From Octopus vulgaris (taxonomy: Eukaryota), in NCBI GenBank assembly GCA_951406725.2, contig OX597822.1, positions 106,888,001 to 106,952,000 of the forward strand: a stretch of DNA of 64,000 bases, given 5' to 3'. This document shows, one piece after another, positions 54,914 to 64,000 of the stretch. Below the pieces are notes generated by a model. The model was given only the letters and a program-made list of their open reading frames with translations. It was not told where the DNA came from and made no database searches. Each line of letters starts with the position of its first letter. The first letter of the stretch is position 1. Made by a program: the position numbers and the translations under genes.

Positions 54914-55699
54914 CATACATATATATATATTTATATATACATACATATATATATATATATATGCATATATATATATATATATATATATATGCATATATAT
55001 GTATGTGTGTATATATTTATATATATATGTATGTATGTATGTATATATATATACTTATATATATGTATACACGTACATGTATAAATATATATACATGCAC
55101 ATTTATTCATACATGCATATATAATTTCAGACATAATACAAGCATGTATACAAATATTAATGTGTTTTCAAAATGGAGAATGGGAGTTACTAATACACAA
55201 ATATACGACACAAGCATACGCACACACGCACACACAAGATCACGTGCAAACTACACACACACATACACTTGTATATATACAGGCATATAAACTCTACATA
55301 AGTACATGATACAGGCATATAAACTCTACATACATACACGCAAACTCAAAACACTTGCATACGAGACAGTGTAATAACTGAAACGATACATATCTCAACA
55401 TCTAAACGCATGCGCTGACTCGAACACACTACTAATTATATTGCATATACATATAGCCTATGTTACGATGATAATTATTAAAAATTGCTGACACCCTCCC
55501 CACGCAGACAAAGACACATACACACGCACACTTATGCAAACACATAAGGGCATGAACAAGTGAAAGAAAGTAGTATTCAGCACGTTTGGCTGGAAGACCC
55601 ATCTATTCAATAATAGTTTAACTCAGTTTCGCATTACGTAAATTGTTTTAAGCCTACGATAAGTCAGGAGTTCGACGCTTTTTCTGCGTATCCATATAT

Positions 55700-55975
55700 A
55701 TATTCACACGCACACACACGCACACATTTTGGCACTATTGTCATGTAATCACACACATGCTGTTCGTGAAACTTTTTTCCTTTCTGGACTTTTCCGTTTT
55801 TTTTTTTTATGACGAAGAGTTATGCTCGAAACGTTAAAAACCTACTCTTCTTTCCACCTTAACGTGAGCATTAAAATAATACATTCCAAATGTCCGTCCC
55901 CTTGTTTTGTTATTGTTATTTTTAAAGTTTGATTGTTTGTTCTAGATTTAGTATTCGACTTGACTACCCCACCAC
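55700..55975 (+). mobile_element. Penelope-like pLTR remnant
   Basis: ATGACGA-A-GAG-TTATG-CTC-GAAA-CGTT near 55809-55836 is a hammerhead-like core with the first C lost; the segment ends at a TA tract. Confidence 0.4.
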
Positions 55976-55990
55976 AGATATATATATATA

Positions 55991-56386
55991 CTAGCAGTAT
56001 CGCCCGGCGTTGCTCGGGTTTGTAAGGGAAATAACTATATAAGCATTTTTAGAGAGTTATAGCCAAAAAATAGCAAGAAAATGCATTAAAAATGGAAAAA
56101 AAATGATGGTAAATTTTTTAAAAAATCGTTGATTAATCGCAGACATTTTTAGAGAGTTACTTCCCTTATATAATACCGAAAAAATGCAATAAATGGAAAA
56201 AAATGATGGTAAATTTTTTTTAAATCGTAGACTCATCGTAGACGCGTGCTAATACCCAAAAGAGCTCGATATGAATCACGACTATAAGATACCCGGTTTT
56301 GGTTAAACTGCACCGCAAAATGTGGGAGTAGTTAGGAATCTAAATCGTAGGAGACAGACACACAACTTCTTTTTTATATATAAAGA
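55991..56386 (-). mobile_element. Non-autonomous Helitron with the same ends and a different interior
   Basis: ctagcagtatcgcccggcgttgctcgggttt is the reverse complement of the 29610-29639 end; 5' TC on the minus strand; inserted in a TA tract. Confidence 0.75.
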
Positions 56387-56481
56387 TATATATATATATG
56401 CATCTAATATAGGATAAAACTTTTCGAAAAAAATTCTATCAATGGCCAGCATATTAAAAAAATACCTTTAAAGGTTAAATT

Positions 56482-56768
56482 TATAAACAACTTATAAACA
56501 AGGGCAAAAGAAAAAAAATTAATGCCAAGTATGCCGAATATCGACTTAAATCGTCAATAACCATATAATTCATCACTCTAAGCACGCGTCTCGCAGTCTG
56601 AAATAGGAACCGATACGATAATAACGGAATTTTTTGAAATTTCTGTCGGCGTACTTCGAGACGTGTGCTTATAGTGATGAATTATATGGTTATTGACGAC
56701 TTAAGTCGATTTTCGGCATATTTGGCATTATAATTTTTTCTTTTGCCCTTGTTTATAAGTTGCTTATA
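56482..56768. repeat. Fold-back element, ~110-bp arms
   Basis: caacttataaacaagggcaaaag...aagcacgcgtctcg and its reverse complement; the right arm abuts (TA)n. Confidence 0.9.
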
Positions 56769-56799
56769 TATATTTATATATATATATATAATCTTTAAC

Positions 56800-57042
56800 T
56801 TTTTTACTTGTTTTAGTCATTTGACTGTGGCCATTCTGGAACACCGCCTTTAGTCGAGTAAATCGACCCCAGGACTTGTTCTTTGAAAGCCTAGTACTTA
56901 TTCTATCGGCTCTCTTTTTCCAAACCGCTAAGTTACGGGGAAGGAAAACACACCACCATCGATGTCAAGCGATATTGGGGGAACAAACGGAGACAAACAT
57001 ACAAACACACACACACACACACAAACGGAGACAAACATACAA

Positions 57043-57083
<41 letters not shown>

Positions 57084-57248
57084 CACCACGGGCTTCTTTC
57101 AGTTTCCGTCCACCAAATCCACTCACTAGGCTTTGGTCGGCCCGAGGCTATAGTTGAAGACACTTACCAAAGGTGCCACGCAGTGGCAATGAACCCAGAA
57201 CCATGTGGTCGGTAAGCAAACTGCTTACCATACAGCCAAACTTCCGCC
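56800..57248 (-). mobile_element. SINE family A, diverged
   Basis: Reverse complement of family A with substitutions. Confidence 0.8.
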
Positions 57249-57270
57249 TATATACATGCATACACACACA

Positions 57271-57330
<60 letters not shown>

Positions 57331-57619
57331 CATATATATGATCCAGTGATCCGAGTGTATGCCAGGTATAGAGAACAAACAGTGGACAGTTTGCGATAAG
57401 AAGCAATAACAATCTATTGGCATCGCGGTTTGCACATCGAAGTTCTCGCATCGAAGTTGCGAGGAAATTCGATGAGCTGATAGTTCCTCTATAGCTCAAG
57501 TTAGCCACTAAAACTGCTACAAATGTGAATAAAAATCCGAATTGAAGGAGTAGAGTAGAACAGGTAAAATGCACGCTACATGTTGTTTTTTAGCTACCTG
57601 AACCTTATGATGTGGTGGA

Positions 57620-58009
57620 GTGGAAGCACTCCGTCGGTTACGACGACGAGGGTTCCGGTTGATCCGAATCAACGGAACAGCCTGCTCGTGAAATTAACGT
57701 GTAAGTGGCTGAGCACTCCACAGACACGTGTACCCTTAACGTAGTTCTCGGGGATATTCAGCGTGACACAGAGAGTGACAAGGCCGGCCCCTTTGAAAAA
57801 TACAGGTACAACAGAAACAGGAAGTAAGAGTGAGAGAAAGTTGTGGTGAAAGAGCACAGCAGGGATCACCACCATCCTCTGCCGGAGCCTCGTGGAGCTT
57901 TTAGGTGTTTTCGCTCAATAAACACTCACAACGCCCAGTCTGGGAATCGAAACTGCGATCCTACGACCACGAGTCCACTGCCCTAACCACTGGGCCATTG
58001 CGCCTTCAC
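57620..58009 (-). mobile_element. SINE family C (tail type 2)
   Basis: Near-identical to 14088-14478; imperfect TSD acctt(a/t)tgatgt. Confidence 0.9.
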
Positions 58010-58182
58010 ACCTTTTGATGTAATAGTTATGCAATGAGTTAAGCTCTCCAAAAGCTAATCATCAGGCTGGAATTGTCGCATTAAAGTGAAGGTTACATAA
58101 TTGCTAGGGATTTCCAAGTCAACTCGACCACAGTGGTGAGTAGCGTGCATTTTCCTGTTCCACTAACTGGATTGAGATATAA

Positions 58183-58606
58183 TACTCTTTTTTACTCTTT
58201 TACTCTTTTACTTGTTTCAGTCATTTGACTGCGGCCATGCTGGAGCACCGCCTTTAGTCGAGCAACTCGACCCCGGGACTTATTCTTTTTTTGTAAGCCC
58301 AGTACTTATTCTATCGGTCTCTTTTTGCCGAACCGTTAAGTGACGGGGACGTAAACGCACCAGCATCGGTTGTCAAGCAATGCTAGGGGGACAAACACAG
58401 ACACACAAACAAGCACACATACATATATATATATACATATATACGACAGGCTTCTTTCAGTTTCCGTCTACCAAATCCACTCACAAGGCTTTGGTCGGCC
58501 CGAGGCTATAGCAGAAAACACTTGCTCAAGGTACCACGCAGCGGGACTGAACCCGGAACCATGTGGTTGGTTAGCAAGCTACTTACCACACAGCCACTCC
58601 TGCGCC
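58183..58606 (-). mobile_element. SINE family A, full length
   Basis: Reverse complement of family A. Confidence 0.9.
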
Positions 58607-58719
58607 TGATAATGTAATAGTTTAAGATTTTTTTTTCTTCTTGCCAGCATACATAATATGAAATATTATTTTTCTTAACAACAATAATTAAGGAATAGCT
58701 CCATGAAATCAGAGAATCG

Positions 58720-59420
58720 ACCGACACCGTAGCAATGGACCAAAACGTGGAAGAAACAAATTCAAATGCTTTAAAAGGATTCAGCCAGGCATTTTACCAA
58801 TTTTTTGCAGAATCAGCACCTTCCTAATGATACAATGTTAGCATTCTCAAGAGATAAAGGATTATAATCCAGCAATCCGCTATTGAATTTTTCAAGCTCT
58901 ATTGGTCAGTATTCGACCCGATTGATATGGCAGGCTGTGACTTTCTATCAGAATTACCGAAAATATCTGAAGCCCAAACATGCAAAAGTACATTGGTTTT
59001 ATTTCGATTTCTGATTTCAGTAATGTTTTCTGAATAAAACATGGAGTTGTACAAATGTAAATCTATATTATTGATTGGCATGTATATGCTACTGTGGACG
59101 CCTTTCTCTTTCGAAATATGGATTGTTGTAAAGAGAACATTTATAGATTTTTTTCATAATTATTTTGATTTCTTTCTTTTTTACTTTGTTAAAAAAGAAA
59201 GCGTAGAACTCATGACCTTTTTTCCGGAATCTCCCACGATAGGTGGAAAAGATGAAGCCATCCTTACACTGGGGCGCAAAAAAATTAAGTCACCAACGGG
59301 CCTGATGGAAAGAGGGATTAAATATGCAACCCCAAAACAGAAACACTCCCTCCAGAGAACTTTCAACGGATCCAATTTACCAAATTTTCCCCAGAAGGAC
59401 TTCATAGCTCAGAAGCATTA
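58720..59420 (-). mobile_element. Possible decayed DNA transposase (pogo/Tigger-like) fragment
   Basis: Coding-like composition and weak residual motifs only. Confidence 0.25.
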
Positions 59421-59984
59421 GCCCAGTGGGGGGTCCATATGGCCCTTGCGGGTTCATATAAAATTTTATTGGTAAACTTGATGTACAAGAAATTAGTTAT
59501 AATTCTATAATATACAAAATATATTAACCGTTGTCTTTATAGAATTCCGTATGATATTTAGTTCTAAAAATATAATGTAATGTTTTTTTTTAAACATGTA
59601 ATGGTTACGAGGGTCCAGCTGAGTAAAATAAGAATGAAAGGGGGACCATAGGCAGAAAATGTTGGAGGACCGCTGCTTTAGAACATACTTTTTAAAGTGA
59701 CTTGACGGGGTATTGAACCAAAAAACATATAGATGCGAGGCGACCTTCTTAAATCCACAGCTATTACCATCGTACATTAAATAATATTGCTACTATACCC
59801 ATGAAATCTCCAATTAAATACTCGTATTATTATATCCGTGACCATCTCCACTTAAATACTTTCATTACAACAGGATTGTACTAAAAATGCAAGATAACTA
59901 AAGCATTAACGAAAGTCAGTAAACAGGGAATTTGCCGAAACAAGGTTCATTCGTTTTGGAGGGTAAGGTGGTCGTGGGTCTTTG

Positions 59985-60290
59985 TTTCTACTGGCATATA
60001 GCTGTGAAGGCACGGAAGGTCATGAGTTCGATTCGTAGTGGGGCGTTGTGTCCTTGAGCAAGACTTTATTTCATGGTGATCCAGTCCACTCAGCTGGCGA
60101 AAATAAGTAGTACCTGTATTTGAAAGGACCAGCCTTGTCACATTCTGTGTGACGCTGAATTTTCATGAAAACTACGTGAGGGTATTCGTGTCTGTGGAGT
60201 GCACAGCTACTTGCACATTAATTTCACGCGCAGGCTCTCCCGTACCTCGGATCAACTGGAATGTTCGTCGTCGTAACTGACGGAGTGCCA
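59985..60290 (+). mobile_element. Older SINE carrying tail type 2
   Basis: B-box gagttcgattc, tgtccttgagcaagac core, and tail ending gacggagtgcca. Confidence 0.7.
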
Positions 60291-61153
60291 GTTTTTTTTT
60301 TATTTTTTACTGCTGCCAATAGAATTCAACGGCGGTCATTTTCAGTTTCTCTTGTGCATCCTGTGATGACAGCACATGCCAATGACGGTCGTCTATCAGA
60401 GACTTTTGACCATCACGTGAAAAGTGTTGCTATGTTTGTACCATCTTCCCGTGCTCCTTGCTCAAATTTAGCCGAAACCAACTTTTGGCTTACATTTTTA
60501 CTGGGTCGATAAAGCTAAAACCAAACGCGTACTGCTGTAAGTACACTCTCCTTTCAGGTGTCCGACTTTGGATGTTTTAATAGATCAAGAAAGGCAGGGC
60601 CAAGAGGCTGTCTATGTCCACTCGCAACTAAATGGGCAAATAAAATAATTAGCGAAAGCATCAATCATACTCCCAAATCACCCTTGACATAGCAAACCTC
60701 GGATAGAACCAAGGACTTCAGGAGAAACACCCTCCAAACTGAGTTATTTAATATGACTGCGAATGATCCTACAGTTTATGTCAGGATATATTTACAGACA
60801 TAAAATAAGAATTTTTTTTTCTGAAGTCTACTGAACGAAATACGTTACATAAAAAAGATAAAAATGTAAATCCAAATTAAAAATTTATTCAAAATGTAAC
60901 AGTGCTGCAATTTTTTTATAAAGTTCCACGTCTTTTTATTGGATTTTTTAAAGAATTGGCTGAAATCTCTATATTTACATAAATAATAAAATAGACGTAA
61001 AGCAGCTTTGGTAGACTTTTCAACGCCTGGCAATTTTTTCTCATCAGACTTGTCGGAATTTGGTAAACATTATCATAATAGGCAGCAGAGAGTAGAAAAC
61101 CTCCCGGAGCGTGGTGATTTGTTAATATTGGTAATGTTCCAAGAAGATATGCA

Positions 61154-61483
<330 letters not shown>

Positions 61484-62519
61484 TTCTGCCTCAACAGTTG
61501 CTTTATATTTTATGCTGCATTAGTCAGCGACGCCGCAGATATCTAAGTGAATAAAATGGCTGACCCAACATATTACAGCATTTAATTCCTTGATTTGATA
61601 CAGTGTTACTGATGTTGTTCTCTTAGCCCCAGGTCGACTCTGATCAAAGATATTCCAGCTCTGTTCACTGCATCTGTCTACTGTACCGTTTCTTTATTTA
61701 GAAGACTAGAATGTTCCCTAAGGGAAATTTGGCTGATATTCATAATAGAAGAAGCGGTTTCATATAGGATTTCTGGCTGTACAGAACGTACAATTTCTCA
61801 GTTATCCGTTAAGAGTGGAGAAGCAATTCGAAATATTTACCAGTAAAATTTAGTGGTCGTCTCAAATAATTGATACGCTTATTTTAAAACTAAATGGCTG
61901 CAACCAAGCAGAATCATTAAATCGCCGGAAAAAAATGATTTGCGGTATTTCTTTCCGGTCATTGTCTCGAGTTTGAACAACATCAAGGTGAATTTGATAT
62001 TTCTTGATATTTTATTCTTTCAGATTCATTAAAATAAAATATCTTTCAAGTAATGGGGTCGTTATAATCGACTATGCCTATTCTCTCAAAATATTTGTCC
62101 TTGTGGTGAAATTAAAATATTTTAAAATAAAATAAATTCTCAAGGAAAAAACAATCAGTATTCCCGTTTAAGAATCAGTTAATATGGATTTACGTAGGTG
62201 TAAGAAACATACTGAGAGAATGTGGTTTTTGGATATTAGAGAAAAATAATAGCTCTACTTTATGAGGATTGTGTGCAGAGTCGAGAAAAGATGTGATTTT
62301 CTTAGAAATAGTTTTTGTTCTGTTTCATTTTATGTGCATTGGTGATAGATTACCTGAGAGAAGTGAGGTATTATCAGATGTCCTGCGAGATGGAAAATGA
62401 ATATTTTGGAAGAACTCCTGTATATCATAAATATTTGATAATGCTGATACCATACGTAGAATTGGCAATTTAGACAACTTTTATCTTTCTGAATCAAAAA
62501 GAAGCTATATAAATACATG

Positions 62520-62673
<154 letters not shown>

Positions 62674-63324
62674 TATATGTATATATAGATAAATATATAT
62701 TCATACATATATATACATATATATGTATGAATATATATTTATCTATATATATACTCATATATATATATATACCTATACATATATATATATATCTATATAT
62801 ATTTACCTATATATATACTCATATATATATATATATATATTTATATGTATATGTATGTGTGTGTGCATGTGCATCTGAGCGTGTGTCTGTGCGTGTGTGT
62901 GTGTTTGTATGTGTTGATAGTTAGATCTACAGAGAATATATCTGTATGAAATTGATACAATTAAACAGTGAATCAGTAATGTTGGAGGACCGAAAATAAA
63001 TGTGAGATAAATATATACACGCCTGCAATGATATATATATATATATGATTGTGTGTGTGTATAAACGCTTACACATTCGCGCATAAAATACGTATACATA
63101 TACCAGTTACACACAGAGATAGACATAGGCATTACGCATGAAGATCCCGACGCCATAATCGATCAGACATCCGAATATGCAGTTCGTTTGCATATCAAAC
63201 TTAGTCATACTGGCATACACACATACACACATACGCACACACACATACAAGCACACACACATACATGTGCATGAGTCCACACATCTCTTATGTTTCTCTT
63301 TCATTTCTCTCTCCCTATATCTAA

Positions 63325-63364
<40 letters not shown>

Positions 63365-63759
63365 ATATGCATGTGCATATATGTTTATGCAAAAATACGC
63401 CTATTGATATTTTTATGTAAGATACCTATATGGCATATATATATATATATATGTGTGTGTGTATGTGTGTGTGTGTGTACGTGTGTGTACATGTAAGGTT
63501 GTATGTCTATATGTATATCCAACCTATATAAATAGATATATACGTACGCATACACATATACCCAGAAATACACACATACTATATATATATATATATATAT
63601 ATATACATACATACACACAAAGACAGACAGACTGACAGACATACACGCACACATTCTCACATACACAGAAATACACTTTAACATAAACTTTAGTATATGT
63701 ATATGTATATATATATATATTTATATATATGTATGTATATATACATATATATACATATA

Positions 63760-63797
<38 letters not shown>

Positions 63798-64000
63798 GTG
63801 TAAATATACATATATGTTTACGTAAATTTGTTCACTCTGATAAATACAGTCACAATAGATGTAAATACAGCCATAATGACAAAGTATGTATTTAGATATC
63901 AGAATGTGAAAACATCGATATTTACAGATAAGAAAGCAATTAAGAATAAGTTCATACGCTCGGCGGATCAATAACTTTCACTTTCCTTTTTTTCTTTGTA

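Overview
AT-rich, microsatellite-dense animal genomic DNA. The repeat landscape (tRNA-derived SINE families, (TA)n, (TAA)n and (TATC)n tracts) is consistent with an octopod cephalopod; this is recognition from memory, not a search result. The only host gene I can support is on the minus strand: three GT-AG exons (83, 138 and 153 nt) of a GABA-A receptor beta / LCCH3-like Cys-loop subunit, separated by a 45.7 kb and a 2.8 kb intron. Flanking exons were not found in the window. The introns contain at least three tRNA-SINE families, decayed R4/Dong-clade non-LTR retrotransposons sitting in (TAA)n tracts, a non-coding (TAA)n-associated repeat, Penelope-like (GIY-YIG) remnants, non-autonomous Helitrons and Tc1/mariner MITEs. 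The most striking unexplained signal is a set of about eight fold-back (inverted-repeat) elements, most lodged in or beside (TA)n tracts. Several contain minimal type I hammerhead ribozyme motifs with palindromic stem III, and two with intact cores (6473-6515, 36428-36504) lie in the same sense as the receptor pre-mRNA. Repeat boundaries were read by eye and are approximate. Almost all ORFs in the supplied track are microsatellite or SINE artefacts.
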